Shown here in pieces: positions 28,957 to 39,451 of a DNA stretch of 55,851 nt (within the stretch, counting starts at the first letter, position 1; each line of letters starts with the position of its first letter). The notes beneath the pieces were generated by a model. The model was given only the letters and a program-made list of their open reading frames with translations, made no database searches and had not been told where the DNA came from. The position numbers and the translations under genes were made by a program. This DNA is from a candidate division FCPU426 bacterium. GTDB taxonomy: Bacteria > Oederibacteriota > Muellerivitia > Muellerivitales > Muellerivitaceae. Location: assembly GCA_963796105.1 (NCBI GenBank), contig CAWCKJ010000005.1:1-55851 (forward strand), in the 5' to 3' direction.

Positions 28957-29148
28957 ACCCTGTTTTTTCCTCGCGACCAGAAATCCTCTTGTTGCAATGT
29001 TCCTAAATCAGGCCGAAAAGGTCCTGTTTTCCCGTAGCGCGATTGGTGAATCTACCATTAAAAGTTGTCGAAACAACCAATAATAGGTTGATGCATTGGT
29101 GATTCAAGTCGAAAAAGCCTTAAAGCGTTGATTGCAGAAACCGGGTAG

Positions 29149-29188
29149 CTGTTCACGAGGGGGAGCCTCGCGCACCGCAGCGCGAGGC
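29149..29188 (+). repeat. 30-bp-site copy F: left arm and core present; right arm replaced by a GC hairpin
   Basis: CTGTTCACGAG-GGGGAGCC, then GCCTCGCGC-ACCGCA-GCGCGAGGC. Confidence 0.6.
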
Positions 29189-29315
29189 AGGGGAATTGAA
29201 TATATAAAAGGCAAATCACCAGGACATGTTTCCAGGGAATGTTATTTGAGAAATTTCAGATAATTAAAGGCTTAACGGATCCGGTTTAAAATACCCATGG
29301 GAAAGAACGGACTTT

Positions 29316-30323
29316 ATGAAAACGCCACATAACTTGAAGCGCGACCTTTATCAAATCGCGGCGGGAATTGTCTTATTTCTCCTACCCATCGGGGTCCAGG
29401 CTTTTGATTTTACTCCCGACGCTTCCCGGGTGGTTTCGGACCCCTCCTATTTGCCCTTGGGGGGCCAGCTTTACGGCAGCACCGAATATACCTACGGTAA
29501 TACCGGCTCGAACACGGATAATTCATTGGGGGCGCTCAAAAGTTCGAACTCGACTCTTTCGAACACGGTCAACCAGGCTTTGGAGTACGGCCTCACCAGC
29601 GATTTCGCCCTGCGGGTCAGCGATTCTTATGAGTGGCCCTCCTCAACGACCAGTTACCCGGACGGCACGATTATGGTGACTCACTCCGACGGTTTTATCG
29701 ATCCGACTTTTGAGGCGATCTGGCGCGCGCTGGACCAGAAAGACCATGCCATGAACTGGGACCTTCTGGTGACTTACGCCCCCAACTTGTTTAACGCCCA
29801 ATCGGCGGACCCGACGGAAAACGGAACCGTGGCGCGGGGAGGCGATACGGAAACCTTCGGCACCGCGATCAGCCAGAAACTGAAGGATTTTACTTTTTAT
29901 TTTGAAGGCACCATGACCTACCTGGACAACCGGTCGGTTTTTAACCCGGGCAACAATATCACCACCAATTACGATCCCAGCTGGCAGTATTATATTGACG
30001 CGTCGACCCAGATGCGCTTTAGCCGGCAATGGTCCCTCAATTTGAGCTACTCCGAAACCTTCAACGACAATGTCAGCGCCTCTTACGTCAACAGCAGGGG
30101 CAACCTCATCAGCTCCATCAGCCAGCCAGGGGAGGTATTTGTATTTACAGCGGCTCTCAATTTTCATGCTGTCCCCAACCGATGCGTACTCTCGTTTATC
30201 TATAACCATTACTTCTACGACGGTGTCAGTTACACCAACGATACCGTGCCGAGCAACAGTACCTTTACGAATGGAAAAGGTGAGGATGTATTCAACGGAG
30301 AATTGCGCTATGTCTTTAATTAA
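29316..30323 (+). CDS. Outer-membrane beta-barrel protein
   Basis: Signal peptide; EYGLTSDF; terminal LRYVFN. Confidence 0.75.
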   Translation: MKTPHNLKRDLYQIAAGIVLFLLPIGVQAFDFTPDASRVVSDPSYLPLGGQLYGSTEYTYGNTGSNTDNSLGALKSSNSTLSNTVNQALEYGLTSDFALRVSDSYEWPSSTTSYPDGTIMVTHSDGFIDPTFEAIWRALDQKDHAMNWDLLVTYAPNLFNAQSADPTENGTVARGGDTETFGTAISQKLKDFTFYFEGTMTYLDNRSVFNPGNNITTNYDPSWQYYIDASTQMRFSRQWSLNLSYSETFNDNVSASYVNSRGNLISSISQPGEVFVFTAALNFHAVPNRCVLSFIYNHYFYDGVSYTNDTVPSNSTFTNGKGEDVFNGELRYVFN

Positions 30324-30386
30324 CCGAAGAGGTTAAGCAACGCTTTAAAACGGGACTGCCTCATCCCAAATGGGATAAGAAAAGCG

Positions 30387-30416
30387 TTGTCTACTCAGGG
30401 GAGCCGGATTGGACGA
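30387..30416 (+). repeat. 30-bp palindromic site, copy G (TTGTCTACTCAGGGGAGCCGGATTGGACGA)
   Basis: Degenerate match to consensus. Confidence 0.7.
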
Positions 30417-30477
30417 TCGAATTTAAGGTTTTTACCTTTGTTGATTTTATAAAAATACCATGTTATATAATCCACTA

Positions 30478-30527
30478 ATGGGATGGAGTTCCCTTTAGCT
30501 GCCTTCTGGGGCTAATGACTCCTACTG
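30478..30527 (+). ncRNA. Fluoride (crcB) riboswitch 1
   Basis: GGGATGGAGTTCCC...GCTAATGACTCCTAC matches the crcB aptamer; a TTGATT/TATAAT-like promoter lies just upstream. Confidence 0.9.
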
Positions 30528-30558
30528 CTCATTTTTTTAAAGCGGTGGAGTTTTTTAT
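30519..30558 (+). terminator. Riboswitch expression-platform terminator
   Basis: CTCCTACTGCT/AGCGGTGGAG stem overlaps the aptamer 3' end and is followed by TTTTTT. Confidence 0.7.
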
Positions 30559-30642
30559 TAACATTAAAGAACCAGCCGCCAAGCGGGTTTTTTTATGTCC
30601 GCACCAAATCCCGGAAAGCACCATTGAAAGGGAAACTTCATC

Positions 30643-31848
30643 ATGGAACAAATCTTTACTATCGCTGCAATATGGCTTGGGTTGTCAATTCTTTCCGCTG
30701 TCATAGCATTCCACCTCAAGATTTCCATCGCCTTGGTTGAAATCTGTGTGGGCGTGGCCGTAGCCGCAGTGGCGGCTTTTTTCGGCAATGAGGAAGCATT
30801 GGGCTCCAACCAGGAATGGCTGCGTTTTTTAGCCTCATCCGGGGCCGTCCTGCTTACATTCCTGGCTGGCGCAGAACTTGAGCCCGATGTAATGCGAAAG
30901 AAGTTCAAAGAGGTGACTGTTGTTGGCCTGTTTGGTTTCTTCGCGCCTTTTCTTGGCTGCGCGGCCATTGCCCGCTATTTCCTGGGTTGGGAACTCCAAG
31001 CCAGCCTGCTTTGCGGAGTGGCGCTTTCGACCACTTCGATGGCGGTCGTCTATGCGGTGATGCTGGAAACCGGCTTCAACAAGACCGGATTCGGCAAAGG
31101 CATTCTTGGCGCTTGTTTCATTAACGATCTTGGGACAGTTATTGCCCTCGGTTTGCTGTTCGCCCCATTCACCTACAAGACAGTCGTTTTTGTCGTGGTT
31201 TCCGCCTTTGTGTTGGCGGTCCTGCCGTTCTTAAGCCGTGGGTTGCAGAATACCTATGGCAATCGCACTGCCGCAATCAGGACGAAATGGGTGGTTCTCG
31301 TGCTTTTCGCATTGGGGTCACTGGCGCTTTGGTCCGGCAGCGAGGCGGTTCTTCCCGCGTACTTAGTCGGAATGGTCTTAGCCGAATTCACAAACAGCGA
31401 TGCCCATTGGATTCATCGCTTGCGGACCCTAACCGTTGGCTTCCTCACCCCTTTTTATTTCATCCGGGCCGGAACACTGGTTTCCTTGCCCGCCTTGGTT
31501 TCAGCGCCCTTTATTTTCATCGCTCTTTTGGTGGGAAAGGTTTTCTCCAAGATTTTTGGGCTATATCCCGTAATCGGGCGGTTTAGACGAAACCACGACG
31601 AACGCTGGTATTACACTTTGATGATGTCCACGGGACTTACGTTCGGGACAATATCCGCATTGTATGGATTCTCCCATAATATCGTAACGCGGGACCAATA
31701 TTCCTTTTTGGTGGCCGTAGTCATTGCCAGCGCCATTGTTCCAACACTTATTGCAGGAAAGGTTTTCTTCCCAAGGCACCTCCTTCCCCAACCAAGTAGG
31801 CGTGCTGAAACGGTGTCCGATGAAGACTTAATGGATGAAGAGGGGTAA
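30643..31848 (+). CDS. Cation:proton antiporter (CPA2/Kef-type)
   Basis: About 12 TMs; LTFLAGAE, ALSTTSMAVV, INDLG, PFYF. Confidence 0.92.
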   Translation: MEQIFTIAAIWLGLSILSAVIAFHLKISIALVEICVGVAVAAVAAFFGNEEALGSNQEWLRFLASSGAVLLTFLAGAELEPDVMRKKFKEVTVVGLFGFFAPFLGCAAIARYFLGWELQASLLCGVALSTTSMAVVYAVMLETGFNKTGFGKGILGACFINDLGTVIALGLLFAPFTYKTVVFVVVSAFVLAVLPFLSRGLQNTYGNRTAAIRTKWVVLVLFALGSLALWSGSEAVLPAYLVGMVLAEFTNSDAHWIHRLRTLTVGFLTPFYFIRAGTLVSLPALVSAPFIFIALLVGKVFSKIFGLYPVIGRFRRNHDERWYYTLMMSTGLTFGTISALYGFSHNIVTRDQYSFLVAVVIASAIVPTLIAGKVFFPRHLLPQPSRRAETVSDEDLMDEEG

Positions 31849-31925
31849 CTGACGGCCAACTCCCACATCATTCGCCGAGTGTTTAATGGTTTGATTTATT
31901 GATCTGATGGAATAAAATTCCTTTT

Positions 31926-31973
31926 GGGGATGGAGTTCCCCTTAAACCGCCTTCAGGGCTGATGACTCCTATC
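31926..31973 (+). ncRNA. Fluoride (crcB) riboswitch 2
   Basis: GGGGATGGAGTTCCCC-TTAAACCGC...GCTGATGACTCCTA. Confidence 0.92.
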
Positions 31974-32066
31974 GCGGCAGTTCCGTGGCGGGTGTCAGAG
32001 GCCTCCTTCCAAGCCTTCCATGTGACGCCGTTAGATGTTTTTCCTTACTTAGTTTAGAACGGCGGC

Positions 32067-33815
32067 GTGGTCATGAACCCTGTTTTCCAGGAACAACCGG
32101 ACACTAACACAAAAGTCCCAAAAACCGGCCAACCATTCCAACCATGGGTGGCGGAAGTCCTATCGTTCATCGGCTCCGCCAGTCGCCGTTTCTCCATTCC
32201 TGCTCTGCTGCCTCCCCTTCAAAAACTTTCCGAGTTTAACCAGGAATTCGGTTCTCTGGACATTGTGCTTTTGGGAAGATTTAAGGCGGGGAAAAGTTCT
32301 CTCTTAAACTCCCTTTTGAATCTGGAAATTCTTCCCACGGACGTGTTGCCAGCTACGGCAGTCGTCACCCGTGTTATGGCCGGTATTTCAGATCGCATGA
32401 CTGTCTATTTCCGGGACGGCAGAATTGAAAATACGTCCCCGCGCTTTATTGCCCAATTCGCAACTGAAAAGGACAATCCCGAGAACCAAAAGGAAGTCGT
32501 CCGGGTGGATGTCGAATTGGAAGGAATCGGGTCTTGGGAGGGCGTCCGCTGGGTGGACTCACCGGGCATCGGAAGCCTACATGCCCATAACACGGAAGCC
32601 ACATTGGACTGGCTGCCCAAAGTGGGGGTGGCGCTGATGGCGGTGTCCGCTGACCACCCGCTCTCCGAGGATGACCTGTCCTTGATACAACAGTTGGAAG
32701 AACACACCCCCAAGACGCTACTTTTGGTGACCAAAGCCGACCTTGTCGCAAAGGAACAAATGGACTCCATCCTAGGATATGTCCGATCCCAGTTGAAGAA
32801 CCGTCTTGGTCGTGAAATTCCGGTTATTCCCGTTTCCATAAAGTCGGGATACGAAGCGACTCGGGAATACCTTCGTCGTTTTCTAATTGACCAACTGATA
32901 TCCAACCGTTTCTCCGAATCGGAGGGAATTCTCCGGTATAAGCTCCAAGCCTTATTGAAGACTTGCCGCAGCTTTCTGGAATTGGCGTTGCAGGTGGCTC
33001 TGGCCGGGCAAAAGGCGCGCCAGGAACTTTCCGGTTTGATAAATGAGGAATGGCAGTCCCTTTCCATGTTGGAAAACGAGATGTACAACTTACAAGATAT
33101 TGCGAGCCACCGGATCAGGCAGGCGCTTGAGGAGCGACTTCTCCCGTATAGGGAGGGAATTGCGCGTGAACTGCAATTGGAATTGGAAGTTGAAATGAGT
33201 GGATGGAGAAGTCATCTAGGAAAGGAAACCGCGAAATACCAGGCCTGGCTGGAAGCGCGGTTAACCGAAAAGCTCGAACAGCTGGGCCGTGAAAACATCC
33301 AAGTCGGTGATACCCATGTCCGGGAAATCGAGTCTTCCGTGAACCGCTCGGCTAGGGCATTTGCAGCTCGAATATCCGATAAAGTCCGGGAGGCCCTGCA
33401 TTTCGAATATACCGGTCCTGTTTTTGGTGGTGAGGTGGTTCTCCCGGAAAAACCGTCCATGCACTTGGGAAACGTGTTTGATACCCCCTTTGAAGGTGTC
33501 TGGTTCCTGGTGCCCATGTGGATTTTCCGGCCCCTCATACACCGGCATTTTCTACATACCATCCCCTGGCAGGTGGAGAAGCACCTCTACCGCCTATGCT
33601 CCGAATGGACGGAAGCCATGATGGAAGCTGTTCAAAGCATGGCGAAGGATTTCCAGCACCATGTCAGGGACGAGATGGAAACCTTCCAGGGGCTGCTGGA
33701 AGCCAGCCGGGATTCGGGGGAGGACCTCCGTATGGCGTTGGAACAGCTAGGAAAATTTGAGCGATCTGTTCAAAAAAGAACGGATTCGGGACAAGTCGAT
33801 CAAGGGAACGTTTAG
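32067..33815 (+). CDS. Bacterial dynamin-like GTPase
   Basis: GRFKAGKSS (G1), LPAT (G2), DSPG (G3), TKAD (G4); long helical C-terminus. Confidence 0.9.
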   Translation: MVMNPVFQEQPDTNTKVPKTGQPFQPWVAEVLSFIGSASRRFSIPALLPPLQKLSEFNQEFGSLDIVLLGRFKAGKSSLLNSLLNLEILPTDVLPATAVVTRVMAGISDRMTVYFRDGRIENTSPRFIAQFATEKDNPENQKEVVRVDVELEGIGSWEGVRWVDSPGIGSLHAHNTEATLDWLPKVGVALMAVSADHPLSEDDLSLIQQLEEHTPKTLLLVTKADLVAKEQMDSILGYVRSQLKNRLGREIPVIPVSIKSGYEATREYLRRFLIDQLISNRFSESEGILRYKLQALLKTCRSFLELALQVALAGQKARQELSGLINEEWQSLSMLENEMYNLQDIASHRIRQALEERLLPYREGIARELQLELEVEMSGWRSHLGKETAKYQAWLEARLTEKLEQLGRENIQVGDTHVREIESSVNRSARAFAARISDKVREALHFEYTGPVFGGEVVLPEKPSMHLGNVFDTPFEGVWFLVPMWIFRPLIHRHFLHTIPWQVEKHLYRLCSEWTEAMMEAVQSMAKDFQHHVRDEMETFQGLLEASRDSGEDLRMALEQLGKFERSVQKRTDSGQVDQGNV

Positions 33816-34245
33816 GCGAACGGATTTTGTACCCTTGCTTTGCGTTATGAAACGTTGGGTACGCACCGAAAAAGGTCTTCCAAACATGCCAATTAAAGGC
33901 CGAAAAAGAAAAGACAGGGAAATCCTTAGGGAAGACGCCCTCAGGCCAAGCCCTTATCTAGGCTATGGATATCTTAACCTGGGGAATTATTTCCTTCAGC
34001 ACAGAGCCTTTAAATTGGCGGAAACCCAGTTCCGCCGTGCCATTTGGCTCAACCCATACGAGCCCAAATTTTTATACGAACTGGCCGTTTGTCTTTTTGA
34101 ACAGGGGCGATTGGAGGAGGCCATGAAAGTGGCTTCAAGAGTGAAAAAGACCGGGAAATTCGATTCGCTTGTCGATGAACTCTTGGAACTTTTAGGACGA
34201 TCCCATCGGCGACGAAGCCGCATGGAAGGTCTCGGAGGCGGGTAA
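33757..34245 (+). CDS. TPR protein (start possibly ~33886)
   Basis: YLNLGNYF..AETQFRRAIWLNP TPR helices. Confidence 0.7.
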   Translation: MSDLFKKERIRDKSIKGTFRRTDFVPLLCVMKRWVRTEKGLPNMPIKGRKRKDREILREDALRPSPYLGYGYLNLGNYFLQHRAFKLAETQFRRAIWLNPYEPKFLYELAVCLFEQGRLEEAMKVASRVKKTGKFDSLVDELLELLGRSHRRRSRMEGLGGG

Positions 34246-34247
34246 AC

Positions 34248-34916
34248 ATGGAAAAACACATGCCATATTTCAAAGTATTGGAGACACTTCAAAAGGCCAG
34301 AGGTTGCGCCTTGTGCGTCTTGGAAAAGGAAGCGATGCATGCCAACTTCGATGCTTTATTGTACGAAAACGTCAACAACCCTGGAACACGCAATGACTTG
34401 CGGGAATCGCGTGGGTATTGTCCGTACCATGCGCATGTTCTGGTTGGCTTCCATGATACATTGGCGCTTTCCATCCTTTACAAGGATCAAGCATTGTTAG
34501 CCGCCGATTTCTTGGAAAAATATACGACGCGCAAGAACCTCCTGGCCGAATGGACCAAGCATGAGATATGTCCCGGCTGTCGAAAAACGGTTGAAATCCG
34601 ACGGCATTATATCGGTATCCTGGTGGAGGGACTGGCGCAACCCGAAATGCGGGAGGCTTTCCTTAAAAACTTTCATCTCTGCCTCAACCATTTTTTAATG
34701 CTTATGGATGCACTTCATGACGATGCATTCAAGGGGCTATTGGCGGAAAAGATGAAAAAACGCTTATCCGATCTGGCGGACAGGTTGGAGAAATATTGCC
34801 AGGACTGCCAAAAGAACGCAGAAGGGGAGGTTGTCGATTCACCCCACCGGTTTGCCTGGAGGGAAGCCGTTGAAACAGCAGTGGGGAAGAAAGGTGTTTT
34901 TGAGCCGCTTTTATGA
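34248..34916 (+). CDS. Cys/His-rich DUF6062-like protein
   Basis: CALC, YENVN.P..R..L..SRGYC..HA, CPGC, LCLNH. Confidence 0.8.
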   Translation: MEKHMPYFKVLETLQKARGCALCVLEKEAMHANFDALLYENVNNPGTRNDLRESRGYCPYHAHVLVGFHDTLALSILYKDQALLAADFLEKYTTRKNLLAEWTKHEICPGCRKTVEIRRHYIGILVEGLAQPEMREAFLKNFHLCLNHFLMLMDALHDDAFKGLLAEKMKKRLSDLADRLEKYCQDCQKNAEGEVVDSPHRFAWREAVETAVGKKGVFEPLL

Positions 34917-35173
34917 AGATAAAATGAACTATTTTCGATAACCTAAGATCAATTCCCAAAAAGGGATAGGGTGTTTGGTGAGTCTTCAGGTGTTCGAGGG
35001 TTGGGCTACTTTTTAACGAATATGTTTATCTTACGGCTTTCCAGGGCCTTATGTTTTTCTTTGGGAAATGAGGAAACCCTTAACCAAACCACCTTTAACC
35101 TTTTTATTCGTCCAATGATTGACTTTCCCTACCAAGGTTGCCATCATAAACGCCAGTTTCACAGGGAGTTTTG

Positions 35174-35464
35174 ATGCGTTCGCGCAAATGGATCAAATTC
35201 ACGGCTATTTTTGTTTTCCTGGCTTTCGCCGGTGTGGACCTCGCCGAAAATTATGTCCACCACCATCATGAAAAAGCTGAAGAAAGCGATTGCGCTTACT
35301 GTAGTTTTCACAAAGCGGTCTGTAACTCGGATTTTTCCGCTGCTCCCGTCGAGATTGTCCCGATTTTCGCGTTGTTTTTCGCTGTCTTGGTTTTTATTCC
35401 GTCGTTCCGCAGTACCAAATTCTCGTTTCATTTTGGCCGTGCCCCTCCTGCCGTCCTTTCATAA
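35174..35464 (+). CDS. DUF2946/CruR-like leader peptide with His cluster, CxxC and C-terminal RAPP
   Basis: TM-HHHH..DCAYC-TM-GRAPP. Confidence 0.75.
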   Translation: MRSRKWIKFTAIFVFLAFAGVDLAENYVHHHHEKAEESDCAYCSFHKAVCNSDFSAAPVEIVPIFALFFAVLVFIPSFRSTKFSFHFGRAPPAVLS

Positions 35465-35654
35465 CCTTCAAACGGGAAAACAACCGATAGGGTAGCGTTA
35501 GTGCCTTAAACACTTCCGCTTATTCCGGCATATCAACATAAATTCCGGATTTTCCCAAGCTCATATTCCCGGCCATTTTCCCGTTCGATCCAAGGCATAT
35601 CCCTGTTTATTCCCAATGATTCTTTTATTAACCGATTAAAGGCACGAGGGAAAA

Positions 35655-36350
35655 ATGAAAGTTCTTGAAATCAAAAATTTAAAAAAATCCTACCCGTCGC
35701 CGGAGGGCGACGAACAACTGGTTGTCAACGTGGATTATTTCTCCCTGGGCCAGGCTGAGCAATTGGCCTTGGCGGGCGAGAGCGGATCAGGAAAAACGAC
35801 GTTTTTAAACCTTATCGCCGGGATATTGAAAGCCGACAAGGGAAGCATCCGGCTGGCGGGGCAGGAAATGGAAACCTTGTCAGAAAGCTCAAGGGATACG
35901 GTCCGCGCACAATCACTGGGTTATATCTTCCAAACTTTCAACCTTTTGCAGGGCTATACAGCCTTGGAGAACGTGGAATTGGGAATGATGTTCGGCCAAG
36001 GAGTTGACGCGGCCTACGCGAGAACATTACTGGAGAAGGTCGGGTTAGAAGAACGACTTCAATATCTTCCGAGGCAGATGTCGGTCGGGCAACAGCAGAG
36101 AGTCGCGGTGGCCAGGGCTTTGGCCAACCATCCACAACTGGTTTTGGCAGATGAACCCACGGGCCACTTGGACCATGTCAGGGCCATGGAATCCCTTTCA
36201 CTTATTCGCAGGATTTGCCAGGGAAACGGGGCTGCCCTTCTTCTGGTTAGCCATGACCGTGAGATTTTATCGAAGTTCGAGAGGGTGGAAAACTTAAGCC
36301 ATATCAACCGCGCTGTTGAGGCGGTCGGGAGAGAGGGGGCCCGGAGATGA
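35655..36350 (+). CDS. ABC ATPase (LolD/MacB-type)
   Basis: GESGSGKT, MSVGQQQRVA, LADEPTG, SHD. Confidence 0.95.
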   Translation: MKVLEIKNLKKSYPSPEGDEQLVVNVDYFSLGQAEQLALAGESGSGKTTFLNLIAGILKADKGSIRLAGQEMETLSESSRDTVRAQSLGYIFQTFNLLQGYTALENVELGMMFGQGVDAAYARTLLEKVGLEERLQYLPRQMSVGQQQRVAVARALANHPQLVLADEPTGHLDHVRAMESLSLIRRICQGNGAALLLVSHDREILSKFERVENLSHINRAVEAVGREGARR

Positions 36351-37621
36351 ACCCCTTTAAGAAATTAAAAAACCTGGTTTTCCTGGTCAAACGAAGCATG
36401 AGGCAGCATGCCCTTTCAACTGCGATCACGGTGGTTTCGGTGGCACTGGCGACCGGATTGACCATGTCAGTCTTTTCCATCCAGCACCAGACCCGGGGTG
36501 CTTTCACGGGCGGCCAAGCGGGGTTTGACGCGGTTTTGGGCGCCAGGGGAAGCCAACTCCAACTGGTCCTGAACGCGGTTTTCCAATTGGAAACATCCCC
36601 CGGCAACATCCCCTGGTCGCTTTACGAGGTGGTGAAAAAAGACCCGAGGGTGGAACTGGCCGTTCCCTACGCGGTGGGTGACAACTATATCGGTTACCGA
36701 ATCGTCGGGACGACCGGGGATATATTCACGAAATTCGAATACCAAAACGGCCGGCACCTTTCGGCCCAGCCAGGCGGAAGGGTGTTCGATCCGGCGAAAA
36801 GGGAGGCCGTGATCGGCAGTTTTGCGGCGCGGAAACTAAACCTCCAGGTGGGCTCCACATTCAAACCATACCACGGGCTTTTCTTTGACCCCAACATGCA
36901 GCATGAGGAAGTGTTCCAGGTGGTGGGTATCCTCCAACCGACGAATACGCCCTCAGACCGGGTCATTTGGATTCCCATCGATGACGTTTATCGCATGAAG
37001 GGCCATGTTCTCCGGGGAACGGGGAAAGAGTATGTGGCCAAGGAGGGCGTGGAAATACCGGATGCCGACAAGGAAGTCTCCGCCGTCATGTTGAAATTCT
37101 ACAGTCCCCAGGCGGGCTTCATGCTGGACCAGACCATCAACCGCCAGGGAAAGGTGGCTACCCTGGCCTGGCCTATAGGGAAGGTGATGGCCGAGCTGTT
37201 CGACAAGATGGGATGGGTGACGAAAATCCTCACGCTGGTGGCCTACCTGGTGATGTTGGTGGCAGCCGCCTCCATCCTTTCCAGCCTGTACAACACGCTG
37301 AATGAGCGGAGGCGGGAGTTCGCCATTTTGCGGTCCCTGGGCGCGAGGCGTTCCACAGTGTTTTCTGCCATCGTGCTGGAAGCAACCGCAATCGCTGGGT
37401 TGGGCTCCCTCGCCGGGTACGGCATCTACCTTGCCATTTTTTCAGTAACCGCCGTGGTGGTGCGCCAGCAGACGGGTGTGGTGCTGGATGTGTTCCAGTT
37501 TCACCCGTCCCTGTTATCCGTGCCCGTCGGCATGACGGTCTTAGGTGCTATTTCCGGGCTCGTCCCGGCCCTCAGGGCTTATTCCACCGACGTGGCTCGT
37601 AATTTGGACCCCTTGTCTTAA
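36347..37621 (+). CDS. ABC permease (MacB/FtsX-type)
   Basis: GARGSQLQLVLN, ERRREFAILRSLGA. Confidence 0.92.
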   Translation: MNPFKKLKNLVFLVKRSMRQHALSTAITVVSVALATGLTMSVFSIQHQTRGAFTGGQAGFDAVLGARGSQLQLVLNAVFQLETSPGNIPWSLYEVVKKDPRVELAVPYAVGDNYIGYRIVGTTGDIFTKFEYQNGRHLSAQPGGRVFDPAKREAVIGSFAARKLNLQVGSTFKPYHGLFFDPNMQHEEVFQVVGILQPTNTPSDRVIWIPIDDVYRMKGHVLRGTGKEYVAKEGVEIPDADKEVSAVMLKFYSPQAGFMLDQTINRQGKVATLAWPIGKVMAELFDKMGWVTKILTLVAYLVMLVAAASILSSLYNTLNERRREFAILRSLGARRSTVFSAIVLEATAIAGLGSLAGYGIYLAIFSVTAVVVRQQTGVVLDVFQFHPSLLSVPVGMTVLGAISGLVPALRAYSTDVARNLDPLS

Positions 37622-37645
37622 CCCGAACATATAAGGAGTAACGAG

Positions 37646-38134
37646 ATGAAAAAAATTAACCCATTCGACGGTTTGGTTACCGCTGCGATCTTGTCGTTAT
37701 TTTTTTTACCAGCCGCTCAAGTCTCAGCCCATGAACACCATCCACCCCACCATGGAACGCTGGTGGAATTGGGTGAGGAATTCGCCCATGTGGAACTTCT
37801 TTTGGATTCCTCAACAGGGGAACTGGACGCTTTCGTCCTGGACGGGGAGGCAGAAGATCCCGTGAGGATTTCCCAACCGTCGATCCAAATCAAGGTGAAA
37901 GGAAAAGGCGGGTCTTACGTGATGAAGCTTGTTCCCATAGCCGATGCTTTGACGGGGGAGGTCGTCGGCAACACTTCCGAATACCGGGGAATTTCGAAAA
38001 AACTTAAGGGTGTGAACAAATTCAAGGGAACCATCGCTTATATCAAGGCGAAGGGCGAAGCCTTTAAAAACGTATGGTTTCTCTATCCCGAGGGAAACGA
38101 GGGCGTGAAGCCCTCGGACCATTCGGAAAAATAA
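37646..38134 (+). CDS. His-rich periplasmic metal-binding protein
   Basis: Signal peptide; HEHHPPHHG..ELG..AHVE. Confidence 0.75.
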   Translation: MKKINPFDGLVTAAILSLFFLPAAQVSAHEHHPPHHGTLVELGEEFAHVELLLDSSTGELDAFVLDGEAEDPVRISQPSIQIKVKGKGGSYVMKLVPIADALTGEVVGNTSEYRGISKKLKGVNKFKGTIAYIKAKGEAFKNVWFLYPEGNEGVKPSDHSEK

Positions 38135-38146
38135 GGAAGGGAAAAA

Positions 38147-38779
38147 GTGCTTGAGCATAAATTGGGGTTTCGCGGGGCCGCATTGGTTGCCTTTGGCCTT
38201 ATTTGGCTGGGCCTGATTCTATTGCTACTCGTCATTCCTGGCGAAATTATGGAAATGAGACGCGACGTGTCAAAACCAAGGACCCGTTTTTCCGAAGTGG
38301 ACGGCTATTTAAAGGTCGGTTTCGACTTGCTCAGTTCCTACCCGATTGATTCCCCCGACGACATGGAGGACATGAACACCCGCCGGGATGATTTGAACAG
38401 TGATCCGTTTGAGCCGAAAGTGAAGGCTCGGAAAAAGCAACAGGTAGTCCCGGAATTCATCCGGGCTTTGGACGGCCGAAAGGTCATGGTGGAAGGTTTC
38501 ATGATCCCTATGCTCTCGGAGAAGTACCGGGTGTTGTCATTCATCCTCGCCCAAAGCCAGATGACCTGTTGCTTCGGCATCGCCCCCAAGTTGAACCAAT
38601 GGATCGACGTCACGATGGAAAAGGGAAAGTCAACCGAGTGGAAGATGGATGTCCCGATCACGATATTCGGGACTTTAAGCGTGGGCACGAAATACGACCG
38701 GCAAAACAAGGGATGGTGCCTTTACCGGATGGTTTCCGACAAGGTCGGGATTCCATCCGAGAAGGCATGGTTTTATTGA
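38147..38779 (+). CDS. DUF3299-like protein, paralogue 1
   Basis: ALDG.KV..GFMIP..FIL...CCFG..P..NQWI.V. Confidence 0.8.
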   Translation: MLEHKLGFRGAALVAFGLIWLGLILLLLVIPGEIMEMRRDVSKPRTRFSEVDGYLKVGFDLLSSYPIDSPDDMEDMNTRRDDLNSDPFEPKVKARKKQQVVPEFIRALDGRKVMVEGFMIPMLSEKYRVLSFILAQSQMTCCFGIAPKLNQWIDVTMEKGKSTEWKMDVPITIFGTLSVGTKYDRQNKGWCLYRMVSDKVGIPSEKAWFY

Positions 38780-38806
38780 GGCTCAAGCGCGAATGAGGAG
38801 TCAATT

Positions 38807-39430
38807 TTGAAAAATAATTCCCTTAGAAAAAAGTTAGTTTTCAATATTCGGTTAGGGCTTTTGCTGGGGGTGGGTTTAATGATTTCCGCCAATCCCATCA
38901 CGGGCCAACCGGCCGGACCAGCGCCGACGATCTACCCGATCACGGCGGTGGACCTGAAATCCGCCCCCATCACCGTTTATCCCAAACTAGAAGGCCATCC
39001 GTTCGTGACATGGGACACCCTTGCGCATTTCCGCTATGACGCGCCCGAAATCGAGGAGGAGATCGATCCCAGATTGAGGTTGAAGAAAAATAAATTCCCC
39101 GTTCCAGCATTCATCAAGAGATTGGACAGGGTGAATATCGCGGTCGTGGGTTTCATGATTCCCCTGGACACGAACGAGGCCGGGGACAAGGCCACCTCCT
39201 TCATCCTGGCCAGGAGCCAGGCGACCTGCTGTTACGGGATCACCCCCAAAATGAACGAGTGGATGTTCGTGCGCATGGGCGGTGGGATGGACGCCGACGC
39301 TGTGATGGATGTGCCCGTGACGGTCTTCGGCACGCTCTCCGTTGGGGAGAAAAAAAAGGCCGATATGGGCTGGAGCCTTTACCGGATGGTGGCGGACAAG
39401 GTCCTTGCCCCCAAGGAAACCATATGGTGA
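38807..39430 (+). CDS. DUF3299-like protein, paralogue 2
   Basis: Same motif (TCCYG). Confidence 0.8.
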   Translation: MKNNSLRKKLVFNIRLGLLLGVGLMISANPITGQPAGPAPTIYPITAVDLKSAPITVYPKLEGHPFVTWDTLAHFRYDAPEIEEEIDPRLRLKKNKFPVPAFIKRLDRVNIAVVGFMIPLDTNEAGDKATSFILARSQATCCYGITPKMNEWMFVRMGGGMDADAVMDVPVTVFGTLSVGEKKKADMGWSLYRMVADKVLAPKETIW

Positions 39431-39451
39431 ACGGACGGAAAGGTACCTGAC

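Noticed and set aside
25657..30416. The 30-bp palindromes as CRISPR repeats of the nearby cas1
   Set aside because: Copies are degenerate, spacing is 0.3-14 kb, they bound whole genes, and they are unrelated to the 39-bp repeat beside cas2. A link cannot be fully excluded because copy H precedes cas1.
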